Source: an uncultured Candidatus Actinomarina sp.
GTDB taxonomy: Bacteria; Actinomycetota; Acidimicrobiia; Actinomarinales; Actinomarinaceae
Reading direction: 5' to 3'
Length of the DNA: 64,000 nt
NCBI GenBank assembly: GCA_902610815.1
Contig: CACLXG010000004.1
Location: 52,566-116,565 of the forward strand
The translations under genes and the position numbers were made by a program. The notes under the pieces were generated by a model. It did no database searches. It was not told where the DNA came from and saw nothing but the letters and a program-made list of their open reading frames with translations. Of this stretch, positions 49,632 through 59,706 are shown one piece after another (position 1 is the first letter of the stretch; every line of letters starts with the position of its first letter).

Positions 49632-51387
49632 TTTTTTCTCCTGTTTGAACTGACCATAGCTTTGAGTAAACCCCATTAATTTCTAAAAGGCTTTCGTGAT
49701 TTCCAGATTCAACAACTTTACCTTCTTCTAAAACGTAAATAATTTCAGCATTTCTTATAGTGGATAAACGATGCGCTATTGCAATAACAGTTCTTCCTTC
49801 TTTTAAGTTATTAATAGACCTCTGTATTGCAGCTTCAGTTTCATTGTCAACGGCTGAAGTTGCTTCATCTAAAATTAATATTTCTGGATTTTTTAGTATT
49901 GCTCTTGCTATTGAGATTCTTTGCCTTTGCCCACCTGATAGCTTTTGCCCTCTTTCTCCAACGATTGTATTTTCTTTATTAGGCAATAGATTTATAAATT
50001 TGTCAGACTCTGAAAGTTTTGCTGCTTCCCAAACTTCTTCATCTTTTGCATCTAGATTTCCGTATGCAATATTTTCAAAAACTGTACCTTCAAATAAGAA
50101 TATATCTTGGCTTACCAATCCAATTTTATTTCTCAAACTATCCAATTCTAAATTTCTTATATTCTTGCCATCAAATTTAATTTCTCCAGAAGTTGAATCA
50201 TATAATCTCAAAATAAGTTTAATTAGAGTAGATTTCCCAGAACCTGTACTTCCAACAATCGCTGTAGTTTGACCTTTATTAATGTCTATCGAAATATCAT
50301 TTAAAACTGGAAAATTATTTACGTATTCAAAATTTAAATTGGATATCTCAATTTTCTTATTAAAACTTGTGAGCTTTTCGTTGCCATTATCGATTGTGGG
50401 TGAAGTATTTTTTAAATTTATTATTCGTCTAAATGATGCCATTGCTTTTTGATAGGAATCAAAAATCACTCCGAGTTCAGTTAATGGCCACAATAATCTC
50501 TGTGTTATAAATAGCATTACTGAATAGGTTGCTACTTTAATTTCTCCGTCTAGGGCTAAGAAACCACCAATTAAAAGTGTCGCTGTAAATCCAAATAGTA
50601 TTGCAATTCGAATTATGGGAATAAATGCTGCCGATAGTTTTATAGCATGATAATTCGCACTTTTAACCTCCTCAGATGAGAGGGTTATTCTTTCACTTTC
50701 TTTTTTCTCCCTGTTGAAGCTTTTGACAGTCAGTATTCCCGTAATAGAGTTCGAAAGATTGGCATTTAAATTTTCTATATCATTTCGAATCTTTGTATAC
50801 CTTTCTGCAATTCTGTTAGTGAATCTAAGTGAGCCAAAAATAATGATTGGAATAGGTATGAAGGCAAACACAGCAACTAGCGGTGAAATATATAAGAATG
50901 TTCCACCAATAACAAGAACGGTTGTAGCAGTTTGAACTAGTCTGTTTGCACCATTATCTAAGAAAGTCTCCAGTTGATTTACATCATCATTAAGTATCGC
51001 CATTAACCTTCCGGAGGATTTATTTTCAAAAAAAGCTAAATCAAGCCCCAGGACATTGTCAAAGGCATCTGTTCGTAAAGAATGTTCAATATCTTGCGAA
51101 ATATTTCTCCAAGTAACAGCCGCAATGTAATCAAATGAAGATTCGAGCCCCCATATTATAAATGTTAAGATGGCGAGTATTATTAATTGCTGTCTTCTGT
51201 CACTGTATCCAAGATTACCTATGAAGGAATCGGATCCTTCCACCACTATATCTATTGCAATACCAATTAAAACGGGAGGAGCTAGGTCGAATATTTTATT
51301 TAGTATTGAATAAATTATCCCTCTACGAACTTTAGTATCTTGCTCAAGTGCGTAGTTAAATAAATCTCTTAAATTATTTTCTTTCAT
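49624..51387 (-). CDS. ABC exporter, fused TMD+NBD
   Basis: GSTGSGKST, LSGGQRQR, LDEATSAVD. Confidence 0.93.
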   Translation of the reverse strand: MKENNLRDLFNYALEQDTKVRRGIIYSILNKIFDLAPPVLIGIAIDIVVEGSDSFIGNLGYSDRRQQLIILAILTFIIWGLESSFDYIAAVTWRNISQDIEHSLRTDAFDNVLGLDLAFFENKSSGRLMAILNDDVNQLETFLDNGANRLVQTATTVLVIGGTFLYISPLVAVFAFIPIPIIIFGSLRFTNRIAERYTKIRNDIENLNANLSNSITGILTVKSFNREKKESERITLSSEEVKSANYHAIKLSAAFIPIIRIAILFGFTATLLIGGFLALDGEIKVATYSVMLFITQRLLWPLTELGVIFDSYQKAMASFRRIINLKNTSPTIDNGNEKLTSFNKKIEISNLNFEYVNNFPVLNDISIDINKGQTTAIVGSTGSGKSTLIKLILRLYDSTSGEIKFDGKNIRNLELDSLRNKIGLVSQDIFLFEGTVFENIAYGNLDAKDEEVWEAAKLSESDKFINLLPNKENTIVGERGQKLSGGQRQRISIARAILKNPEILILDEATSAVDNETEAAIQRSINNLKEGRTVIAIAHRLSTIRNAEIIYVLEEGKVVESGNHESLLEINGVYSKLWSVQTGEKIS

Positions 51388-51397
51388 AAAGTTTAAA

Positions 51398-51799
51398 TTA
51401 TTTACTAATTTTATTTATTCCATCTCTAATTTCTTTAAGCAATAACACCTCTTTCGATTCTGCAGCTACCGCATCTGTTTCTTCATCAGCAACAATATCT
51501 TCAAAATGGTTATAAGCTTTTATCACTAAAAACATTACAAATGCAATTATTGTATAGTTTATTACTTCTCCTAGAAAAGCCCCAAAAGATCCTGCAGACA
51601 TACCTGATGACGGATCAATATCACCAAACATACCTAGCTTATCTAAATTAGGAAGATTTATTATTAAACCAATTAATGGCTCAACTAATCTCTTGGTAAA
51701 AACATCAACCAATGACTTAAAAGAAGCACCCATAACAAACGCTACTCCAAGTTCAACAACATTTCCTCTATTGATAAAATCTCTAAATTCTTTAATCAA
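51398..51799 (-). CDS. mscL: Large-conductance mechanosensitive channel
   Basis: EFRDFINRGNVVEL, LLKEIRD; SD GGAGG before TTG. Confidence 0.93.
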   Translation of the reverse strand: MIKEFRDFINRGNVVELGVAFVMGASFKSLVDVFTKRLVEPLIGLIINLPNLDKLGMFGDIDPSSGMSAGSFGAFLGEVINYTIIAFVMFLVIKAYNHFEDIVADEETDAVAAESKEVLLLKEIRDGINKISK

Positions 51800-51851
51800 T
51801 TTTCCTCCAATTGTTTTTATAAATAATAGAATACCTGTAATCTAAATACCT

Positions 51852-53222
51852 ATGAGAAAATATTTATTAACTTTATTAGTTTTAATTTTAATTACTTGTG
51901 GTTCCGAGCCCTCATCTGTAGATATTTCTGCTGAACCTATCGAATCAGTAACTGAAGATAGCACAACAACCTCTACCAGCACAACTACAACAATTTTTGT
52001 AGAAGAACCCTTTGCTGTTGATGAGTATGGAATTGAACTCATAGAAATGGGCTCAGAAATGAAAGAACAATTTGACTCATTAGTCAGCTTTGTTGAAAAA
52101 AGAACTGGTCTTAAATTTACCGAATATCCAAAATATCAACTTTACACTCTCAACGGCTATCAAGAATACAATGCAGTTTCATATTTAGATGATTTTGAAG
52201 AAGATTATGAAGAAGGTGAATGGGAAAGGGCAGTTTTATCAGAAAATATGTGGGGCTTAACTGAAGCGACACCAGATCAAATGAAAAATTTGTTAGTTGA
52301 ATTTCAAAGATGTGCATCTGCAGGTTCATATAATTTATTGGATAAAATTTTACGAGTCCCTATAAATAAAAATCAAAAGAAATTTAATTTATGGGAACAG
52401 AGTGTAATTGTTCACGAGTTAACACACTCACTTCAAGGTCAAGTTGTTGACCTATCTGGATGGTATGAAGAAATGAAGGAAGCAGATGATTTTGCCAATT
52501 ATCCTGGAAGAAGAGCCATTATGGAAGCACAGGCAGATTTAGTGCAGGCTAGATGGGAATCTGCTCTTGATCAATATGACCGTACTACTTTAAATTCACA
52601 ACAACCTAACTTTTCTTGCAGAGTGTCTTTGCCTGAATATTTTTATATACCAAATGATTTGTATTATTCATTTGGTCCACAATTAGTTAAAGAAATTTAT
52701 AATGATGGCGGCATGGAAGCTATTAATGAAGCACTGTTCGAGCTTCCTACTGATGAACAAATTTATAGTAAAGAAAAATATTTTTCTGGAGAAGTTTATG
52801 AAGAAGTTGTTATAAACACTATAGATATAAATAATTATTCACTAATTGATGAAGGCGATTTAGGTTCTTTAGATATGGTATATATAACGCAGGGAGTAAT
52901 TGGCCGTCCAAATGCTGTTCAAGCAGCTATAGGAATTGGCGGAGGATCATGGAAAGATTATGTTAATGAAAATGGCGATCTTGTCATGACTGCAAAAATA
53001 AGTGGAGATAACAAAAGCGAACTTTCAGAAATATACCAAGCTTGGATATTGTGGGCTGATAATCAAAAAAGATTTGAAAGTGTAGAGGAGGTTTATGGAG
53101 GATTACTTTATAAAGGATCTACAAACATTTGGCTCTCAAATGATGGAAATTTTGTAAAAATGATATTGGTGCAAGACTCTACAATTATTGATGAAATTTC
53201 TAGCCAGTTAGGTGACCTATAA
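51852..53222 (+). CDS. Lipoprotein with zinc-metallopeptidase motif
   Basis: Lipobox-like LITC, Thr-rich linker, HELTH plus downstream EAQA. Confidence 0.78.
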   Translation: MRKYLLTLLVLILITCGSEPSSVDISAEPIESVTEDSTTTSTSTTTTIFVEEPFAVDEYGIELIEMGSEMKEQFDSLVSFVEKRTGLKFTEYPKYQLYTLNGYQEYNAVSYLDDFEEDYEEGEWERAVLSENMWGLTEATPDQMKNLLVEFQRCASAGSYNLLDKILRVPINKNQKKFNLWEQSVIVHELTHSLQGQVVDLSGWYEEMKEADDFANYPGRRAIMEAQADLVQARWESALDQYDRTTLNSQQPNFSCRVSLPEYFYIPNDLYYSFGPQLVKEIYNDGGMEAINEALFELPTDEQIYSKEKYFSGEVYEEVVINTIDINNYSLIDEGDLGSLDMVYITQGVIGRPNAVQAAIGIGGGSWKDYVNENGDLVMTAKISGDNKSELSEIYQAWILWADNQKRFESVEEVYGGLLYKGSTNIWLSNDGNFVKMILVQDSTIIDEISSQLGDL

Positions 53223-54039
53223 GCGAGTGGGTACTTTTTACATTTGCCCAACTCCTATTGGAAATCTAGAGGATACATCAAGTCGAATAATAGAGACTTT
53301 AAAATTCGTTGATATAATTTATTGCGAAGATACACGAAGAGCCGCAAAGCTTACAAACAGTTTTTCTATTGATACTCCATTAAAGTCATTTTTTTTAGGT
53401 AATGAATTCAAAAAAATTGAAGAAATAAATCAACATTTATTTGAAGGTAAAAATGTTGCTTTGATATCTGACGCAGGCACCCCACTTATTTCTGATCCAG
53501 GAAGCGAATTAGTTAGTTATCTAATTTCAAAAAACCATAAGATAATTTCAATTCCTGGGCCATCAAGCGTACTAACAGCACTTACCGTTTCAGGTTTTGA
53601 AACAAATGAGTTTCAATTTTTAGGTTTTGTTCCCAAATCGCAAAAAGAAAAATTAGATTTTTTAGTAAAGATATTTAACTCAACTATGCCAACTGTTTGC
53701 TTTACATCACCAAAAAGAATAAAAAAGGATTTAGATTTTTTTGAAAGTCAAGGACTGGATTCTGAAATAGTTGTTTGTAGAGAATTAACAAAAAAGTTTG
53801 AGACTATATATAGAGGAAAAGCCTCTGAATTAAAACACTATTTTGAATCAGATGTAAAAGGAGAGATAACAATAGTAATTGGCCCCTCTTCAGGTGACAA
53901 AAAAATTAATTTTGATTTAGACGAGGCTATAAAAATATTAATAAAAAACAGTATCTCTAAAAAAGACATTTCCAAAGCTCTTTCTTTGGTAACAGATTAT
54001 TCAGTAAACGATCTTTACAATAAAATTAAAGATCTTTAA
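53212..54039 (+). CDS. rsmI: 16S rRNA C1402 2'-O-methyltransferase
   Basis: TPIGNLED, CEDTR, SDAGTPLISDPG, RELTKKFE. Confidence 0.93.
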   Translation: MTYKRVGTFYICPTPIGNLEDTSSRIIETLKFVDIIYCEDTRRAAKLTNSFSIDTPLKSFFLGNEFKKIEEINQHLFEGKNVALISDAGTPLISDPGSELVSYLISKNHKIISIPGPSSVLTALTVSGFETNEFQFLGFVPKSQKEKLDFLVKIFNSTMPTVCFTSPKRIKKDLDFFESQGLDSEIVVCRELTKKFETIYRGKASELKHYFESDVKGEITIVIGPSSGDKKINFDLDEAIKILIKNSISKKDISKALSLVTDYSVNDLYNKIKDL

Positions 54040-54265
54040 TATTTTCAACACATTTGAAACATAAAAATTTCTTACCTATTTGAAATTTAATGTCCTTGGA
54101 TTCACAAATTCCACAGCTTTGATACCCTTTTGAAATAATTAGGTTTTCACCTTCGACAGACATAGATATTTCATCATTATGTTCAATGTTTAATGCTTTT
54201 CTAATAGATTTAGGAATCACAACACGGCCTAAATTGTCAATTTTACTTAAGTTGCCTTTACTCAT
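54026..54265 (-). CDS. abrB: AbrB-family transcriptional regulator with C-terminal Cys4 ribbon
   Basis: KIDNLGRVVIPKSIR; CGIC...CFKC. Confidence 0.88.
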   Translation of the reverse strand: MSKGNLSKIDNLGRVVIPKSIRKALNIEHNDEISMSVEGENLIISKGYQSCGICESKDIKFQIGKKFLCFKCVENIKDL

Positions 54266-54295
54266 AAATTTATTTAATCCTATCCTTATATAGTA

Positions 54296-55069
54296 GTGAA
54301 TAAAATGAAAACTTTAGAGGATATAAAGTGGGTAGATACCCATTGTCATTTACAGTTAATGGGTGAAGAAATAAATGAACAAGATATATCAAATTTAGAG
54401 TACTTTATAATACCTGGAGTTGATATACCTACCTCACTAAAAGCTAAAGAGTTCTCACTTTCATGTCCAGAAAAATCTTATTGGTCAGCAGGACTTCATC
54501 CACATGAAGCAGACTCATTAGAGGATATAAAGAATGATTTACAATCATTAATGATGGAAGCAGATTTAATTGGCGAGACAGGCCTTGATTACTATAGAAA
54601 CTTATCCTCTAAAGAAAATCAAATAAGAAGTTTTGAATACCATATAGATATTTCAAAAGAATTAGATAAGCCATTAATAATTCATTGTAGGGATAGCTTC
54701 TCAGATGTTTACGATACGTTAAGTAACAAAGACACTACTAATCCAATCATTTTGCATTCATGGACTGGGGGAAACAAGTGGACTAAAAAATTTATTGATC
54801 TTGATGTCTATTTTTCAATTTCAGGAATCGTAACTTACAATACAGCACATGATTTACAAGCTGCTGTTAAAAAAATACCTAAAGACAAGATACTTTTAGA
54901 GACAGACGTTCCATATTTAGCTCCTCAACCATTTAAAGGAAAAAGAAATAATCCAACTTATATTAAATATACAGGAGCAAAGCTTGCGGAACTGCTTGAA
55001 CTTACTCCTGATGATATTTCTAAGATTACAATTGCAAACACAAATAAAGTATTGAATCGAGATACATAA
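54296..55069 (+). CDS. tatD: TatD family nuclease
   Basis: DTHCH, GLHPH, GETGLDY, IHCR, ETD.PY. Confidence 0.92.
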   Translation: MNKMKTLEDIKWVDTHCHLQLMGEEINEQDISNLEYFIIPGVDIPTSLKAKEFSLSCPEKSYWSAGLHPHEADSLEDIKNDLQSLMMEADLIGETGLDYYRNLSSKENQIRSFEYHIDISKELDKPLIIHCRDSFSDVYDTLSNKDTTNPIILHSWTGGNKWTKKFIDLDVYFSISGIVTYNTAHDLQAAVKKIPKDKILLETDVPYLAPQPFKGKRNNPTYIKYTGAKLAELLELTPDDISKITIANTNKVLNRDT

Positions 55070-55860
55070 TGAGTGAGTATTTTTGGATAGAAAAATTACA
55101 AAATAAACCAAAATATAAACTTGGGCAAAATTTTTTAATAGACACAAACATTTCAAGAAAAATTACAAAATTAGTTCAGGGTCAACTGGCTGATCCAATC
55201 TTAGAAATAGGTCCAGGAACTGGCTCATTAACTAATGAATTAATCAAAGATAACTACAGAATTAAAGCTGTGGAATTAGACAAAACGGCATCAGATATAT
55301 TACATGAAAGATTCTCAGGTATACCAAATATAGAAATTTTCAATGAGGATGCAATGGAGTTTGACTATCAAACTTTAACTGGGCCATGGTGGATTTTTGT
55401 CTCTAATTTGCCATACAACATTGGTACACGTTTATTGGTAAAACTTATAACTGAAGTCCCTGTAATTCATAGATATGTCGTGATGGTTCAGAAAGAAGTT
55501 GGTGAGAGAATGATAGCTAAAACAGGTACAAAGAACTATGGTTCGCTATCTGTTTTATTCCATCTATTCACTGAAACAAAGATACAATTTGATGTTTCAA
55601 AAAACTGTTTTTATCCACAACCAAAAGTTACCTCAACCGTAGTAACAATTCAAAGAGAGAGTTTATTTGATGAAGATATTCGGACAAAGGCTTTTGAAGT
55701 ATCAAAGATTGCATTTCAGCAAAAACGAAAAAAGATTAGGACTTCATTAAGTTTAATTGTTAATGAAGATCAACTTATCAAACTAAATTTAGACTCAAAT
55801 TTACGTGCGTCCGATTTAAGTCCTGAAGATTATTTAATGATTGCTAAGGAATTAAAATGA
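55069..55860 (+). CDS. rsmA: 16S rRNA adenine dimethyltransferase KsgA
   Basis: LGQNFL, EIGPGTG, NLPYNI. Confidence 0.95.
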   Translation: MSEYFWIEKLQNKPKYKLGQNFLIDTNISRKITKLVQGQLADPILEIGPGTGSLTNELIKDNYRIKAVELDKTASDILHERFSGIPNIEIFNEDAMEFDYQTLTGPWWIFVSNLPYNIGTRLLVKLITEVPVIHRYVVMVQKEVGERMIAKTGTKNYGSLSVLFHLFTETKIQFDVSKNCFYPQPKVTSTVVTIQRESLFDEDIRTKAFEVSKIAFQQKRKKIRTSLSLIVNEDQLIKLNLDSNLRASDLSPEDYLMIAKELK

Positions 55861-56669
55861 AATTAAAAACATCTGCAAAAATAAATTTAAATTTAGAAAT
55901 TTTTTCAGAAAAACAAGAGAATTTACATAAGCTATCTTCAGTAATGATACCAATTGATATATATGACGATATAGAAATTGAAGAATCAATAAGGGAAACT
56001 ATTAAATTTAGTGATGAAAATCTTAATACACTTGAAAGTACAATTCACAAAGCTTTAAATCTTATAAGGAAAAGTAACCCATCTTTTGACAAAAACTTTG
56101 ATATCTATGTTGATAAAAAAATTCCCCACAACAGTGGACTTGGTGGTGGAAGTTCTGATGCGGGAGCAGTAATTCGTTATCTTTGTGATAGTTATGAATT
56201 AGATATACCTTCTAACCTTGAAATAGTGCTTGAAGTAGGTAGCGATGTTCCATTTTTTGTTCATGGTCGTTCTGCAATAATTCATGGAATTGGTGAAATA
56301 GTAGAACCAATAGATTTAAATACTGACTTAGATCTATTAATTGCAGTACCCAAAGTTGGACTGCGCACTAAGGACGTATTTAACTCATTTGATACTTTGG
56401 ATTCTAAAAATAGGGATACTGACACTTGGAAGGAGATAGAGATTTTTAATGATCTTTGGCCAGCTGCTATAGAGGTATATCCTGAACTTGTGTCACTAAA
56501 AGAGGCTCTTCAAAAGAAATATCAGAATAAATTTTTTATGTCTGGTAGTGGTTCATCTTTCTATTCAATCATTGACCCAATAGAAGAACTAAAACATGAA
56601 TATGAGAGTTTTAGTTTTATTCAATATTGTAAAAAAATTGATTGTAGTTTGTATCAAAATGATGATTAA
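55857..56669 (+). CDS. ispE: 4-diphosphocytidyl-2-C-methyl-D-erythritol kinase
   Basis: AKINLNL, GLGGGSSDA, GSDVPFF, MSGSGS. Confidence 0.93.
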   Translation: MKLKTSAKINLNLEIFSEKQENLHKLSSVMIPIDIYDDIEIEESIRETIKFSDENLNTLESTIHKALNLIRKSNPSFDKNFDIYVDKKIPHNSGLGGGSSDAGAVIRYLCDSYELDIPSNLEIVLEVGSDVPFFVHGRSAIIHGIGEIVEPIDLNTDLDLLIAVPKVGLRTKDVFNSFDTLDSKNRDTDTWKEIEIFNDLWPAAIEVYPELVSLKEALQKKYQNKFFMSGSGSSFYSIIDPIEELKHEYESFSFIQYCKKIDCSLYQNDD

Positions 56670-56686
56670 TATATGTTTATAACAAA

Positions 56687-56761
56687 TGGGGGATGGTGTA
56701 ATTGGCAACACATTGGGTTTTGGTCCCAACGTTGAGGGTTCGAGTCCTTCTCCCCCAGCCA
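56687..56761 (+). tRNA. tRNA-Gln (anticodon TTG), CCA encoded
   Basis: Acceptor TGGGGGA/TCCCCCA-G-CCA; anticodon arm TTGGG-TTTTGGT-CCCAA; GGTTCGAGTCC. Confidence 0.96.
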
Positions 56762-56772
56762 GTAATTTATAA

Positions 56773-58134
56773 ATGAGTGAATCAGTCATAGTATTAGCAG
56801 CAGGTAAAGGGACTAGGATGAAGTCCGACTTGCCTAAAGTTTTACATAAAGTCCTTGGCAAATCAATACTTGCTCATGCACTGGATACGCTTTCTTTCAT
56901 TAATGAACAATATGTTGTAGTAGGTCATGAATCAGATATGGTTGTTAATTCATTACCTTCTTCAGCGAAACATATTTTACAGAAAGATCAATTAGGTACA
57001 GGTCATGCAGTTTCAACTGTTGTTAGTGGTGATTTATTTATTGAAAATAAGCCTGAATTTACATTAGTTGTTCCAGGTGATGTTCCAGCTATTGATGCTA
57101 AAGACATCCAACTTCTTATGAGCGAAGTAAAAACTAAATCATCATCAGTAGGATTCCTTACTTCAATAGTTGAAAATCCATATGGGTATGGAAGAGTTGT
57201 TAGAAATAATGAAGAGATAAGAATTGTTGAAGAAAAAGACTGCAATGATGATGAAAGGAACATTAACGAAATCAATTCAGGTATTTATTGTTTTAATACA
57301 GATTTCTTAATTCAGAATATTGACTCTCTAGATACTAAAAATGTTCAAGGAGAATTTTACTTAACTGACTTAATAGGTATTGCAAATATTCAAAAACAAG
57401 ATATCGTTATAATACAAGTAGATGAAGATTCAATTAAAGGAATAAACTCTATGAGTCAACTAAACGAAGTTGAAGACATAATGCAGAAAAAATTAATTGA
57501 AGATTTCATGGAGCAGGGTGTTTATTTTCAAAATCCTGCATCCACTTACATAGATTCTGAAGTAACTATATCCTCTGGTACAAAAATATTAGCTAACACT
57601 CATTTAACTGGTAAGACAAATATTGATAAGGACTGTGTAATTGGCCCAAATGCTCAAATCAATGACTCCAGCATTGGAAAAAACTCAAAAGTAGTAAATT
57701 CTGTAATTGATCAATCCACAATACAAGAAAATGGAAGCATAGGACCATTTGCTCACATTAGGCCAGGTTCTGAACTTGGACAGGGAGTTAAAGTTGGTTC
57801 TTTTGCAGAAACTAAAAAGTCAAAAATAGGAAAAGGAAGCAAAGTACCTCACCTCGCCTATGTTGGCGATGCTGAACTAGGGGAGAATGTTAATTTTTCT
57901 GCAGGCGCAATTACTGTAAATTACGACGGAAAAGATAAGCATAAAACTGAGATCAAAGACGGGGCATTTATTGGGTCAGATGTGATGTTAGTTGCACCAG
58001 TTACAATCGGAGAGGAATCTATGATTGGCGCAGGTTCAGTTATTACTAAAGATGTTCCATCAAAAGCATTAGGAATTGAGAGAAATAATCAAAAAAATGT
58101 CGAAGGTTATGTCGATAGGAAAAAGAAAAAATGA
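56773..58134 (+). CDS. glmU: Bifunctional GlmU
   Basis: LAAGKGTRMKS, QLGTGHAV, EINSG, HLAYVGDA, NYDG. Confidence 0.96.
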   Translation: MSESVIVLAAGKGTRMKSDLPKVLHKVLGKSILAHALDTLSFINEQYVVVGHESDMVVNSLPSSAKHILQKDQLGTGHAVSTVVSGDLFIENKPEFTLVVPGDVPAIDAKDIQLLMSEVKTKSSSVGFLTSIVENPYGYGRVVRNNEEIRIVEEKDCNDDERNINEINSGIYCFNTDFLIQNIDSLDTKNVQGEFYLTDLIGIANIQKQDIVIIQVDEDSIKGINSMSQLNEVEDIMQKKLIEDFMEQGVYFQNPASTYIDSEVTISSGTKILANTHLTGKTNIDKDCVIGPNAQINDSSIGKNSKVVNSVIDQSTIQENGSIGPFAHIRPGSELGQGVKVGSFAETKKSKIGKGSKVPHLAYVGDAELGENVNFSAGAITVNYDGKDKHKTEIKDGAFIGSDVMLVAPVTIGEESMIGAGSVITKDVPSKALGIERNNQKNVEGYVDRKKKK

Positions 58135-59108
58135 TTGAACAACCGGGTAAGAAAAAGATGCTACTGTTCACCGGCTCTTCAAATCAAGAGCTCGCATCTA
58201 AAGTTGCATCTAATCTTGGAACAGAAGTCTCCACTGTAGAATCTAAAGAGTTTGCTAGTGGTGAAATTTATATCAGACTAAATGAAAGCGTAAGAGGTGC
58301 AGATTGTTTTGTTTTACAAAGTCACTCTGGTGATGTCAATAGAACAATCATGGAACAACTTGTGTTAGTTGATGCGTTAAAAAGAGCTTCTGCAAAAAGA
58401 ATAACTGCAGTTCTACCTTTCTATCCATATTCAAGACAAGATAAGAAAGCATTACCAAGAGAACCTATCACTGCAAGGCTAATTGCCGATATGTATATAG
58501 CCGCAGGTGTTGATAGATTAGTTTCTATAGATTTACATACTCAACAAATACAAGGGTTTGTTGATCAACCATTTGACCACTTAACAGCGATGCCATTATT
58601 TGTAGATTATTTTAAAGAAAAGTTTGATGGACCGATTTCAGTAATTTCTCCTGATGCTGGTGGGGTTGGGAGAGCTACAACTTTTGCAAAACATCTAGAA
58701 GCTTATGTTGGTTTCGTACACAAAAAGAGAGATCCAAAGATTCACAATGAAGTGAAGTCATTTACTGTTATTGGTGAAGTTGAAGATCGACACGTAATTA
58801 TTTTGGATGACATCATTGACACTGGTAGAACCATTGCAGCTGCATCAAGAATTATCAAAGATAAAGGTGTCAAGTCAGTAAACGTGGTTGCTACACATGG
58901 TATATTCTCAAATGGTTCCGTAGAAGAGTTAAAGGATGCCCCAATTGACAGAATAATAGTCACAGATACCTTAACTCAAAATGGAAATTCAAAAGAAATT
59001 GCAAAAGTTGAAGTTCTTAGCGTTTCAACAATAATTGCTAATGCACTAACATCAATATTTACTGATGATTCAGTGTCAGCGTTGTTTATGGGCGAAAACG
59101 TTTTATAG
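58131..59108 (+). CDS. prs: Ribose-phosphate pyrophosphokinase
   Basis: YPYSRQDKK, SPDAGG, DDIIDTG. Confidence 0.96.
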   Translation: MIEQPGKKKMLLFTGSSNQELASKVASNLGTEVSTVESKEFASGEIYIRLNESVRGADCFVLQSHSGDVNRTIMEQLVLVDALKRASAKRITAVLPFYPYSRQDKKALPREPITARLIADMYIAAGVDRLVSIDLHTQQIQGFVDQPFDHLTAMPLFVDYFKEKFDGPISVISPDAGGVGRATTFAKHLEAYVGFVHKKRDPKIHNEVKSFTVIGEVEDRHVIILDDIIDTGRTIAAASRIIKDKGVKSVNVVATHGIFSNGSVEELKDAPIDRIIVTDTLTQNGNSKEIAKVEVLSVSTIIANALTSIFTDDSVSALFMGENVL

Positions 59109-59116
59109 GAGAAAAA

Positions 59117-59356
59117 ATGGCTAAAAATTTAACAGCAAAAATATATATGGTAGGTTCAACTGCAGGTGTTGAAGTTGAAATTAAAGATAAAGAAAAATTT
59201 TTGGAAGAATTGAAAAAATTATCTGCTGAAAATGATTTTTATATGCATTCAGATGAAGACGGTGAGATAGCAATCAATACTTCTCTCATCCAAGCTATAG
59301 AATTCGATGATGAATCAGATGGTAAAAGAGGAGCGGGCTTAGTTTCTAACGGTTAA
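59117..59356 (+). CDS. Small acidic hypothetical protein
   Basis: SD AGGAG 6 nt upstream; 79 aa. Confidence 0.75.
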   Translation: MAKNLTAKIYMVGSTAGVEVEIKDKEKFLEELKKLSAENDFYMHSDEDGEIAINTSLIQAIEFDDESDGKRGAGLVSNG

Positions 59357-59624
59357 TTACTAAACCAGTTTTACGGTAGTGCCTTCTGATAGATTTACGC
59401 TCTTCCTCAGTAGTACCACCCCAAATTCCAGAATCTTGATTGGTTCTTATTGCGTAATCTAGACACTCATTTACAACAGGACATTCCATGCAAATTGCTT
59501 TTGCCTCATTAGCTTGTTTCATTGCTTTCATAGACGAACCGACGGGGAAGAAGAGATCAGTGTCTGAGTACACACAGCCACCTTCTAACATCCAATCTTC
59601 TTGTTCGAAATCAATATTTAACAT
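59346..59624 (-). CDS. whiB1: WhiB-family Fe-S regulator, WhiB1-like
   Basis: Four Cys (C...CMEC...C), LFFPVG, QDSGIWGG. Confidence 0.88.
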   Translation of the reverse strand: MLNIDFEQEDWMLEGGCVYSDTDLFFPVGSSMKAMKQANEAKAICMECPVVNECLDYAIRTNQDSGIWGGTTEEERKSIRRHYRKTGLVINR

Positions 59625-59643
59625 TTACACATACTTTCTTACT

Positions 59644-59661
59644 TTGTGAAATATTTCACAA
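59644..59661. promoter_or_regulatory. CRP-family binding site TTGTGA-AATATT-TCACAA
   Basis: Perfect 18-bp palindrome matching TGTGA-N6-TCACA. Confidence 0.85.
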
Positions 59662-59706
59662 TCTAGTTACTTTATAGTACTAAAATCAAATTTATATGGA
59701 GGCATT

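Noticed and set aside
48115-56761. Genomic island integrated at tmRNA or tRNA-Gln
   Set aside because: No integrase and no duplicated 3' end seen; flanking genes are housekeeping
56589-56861. 90-aa minus-strand ORF
   Set aside because: Antisense shadow of tRNA-Gln and glmU
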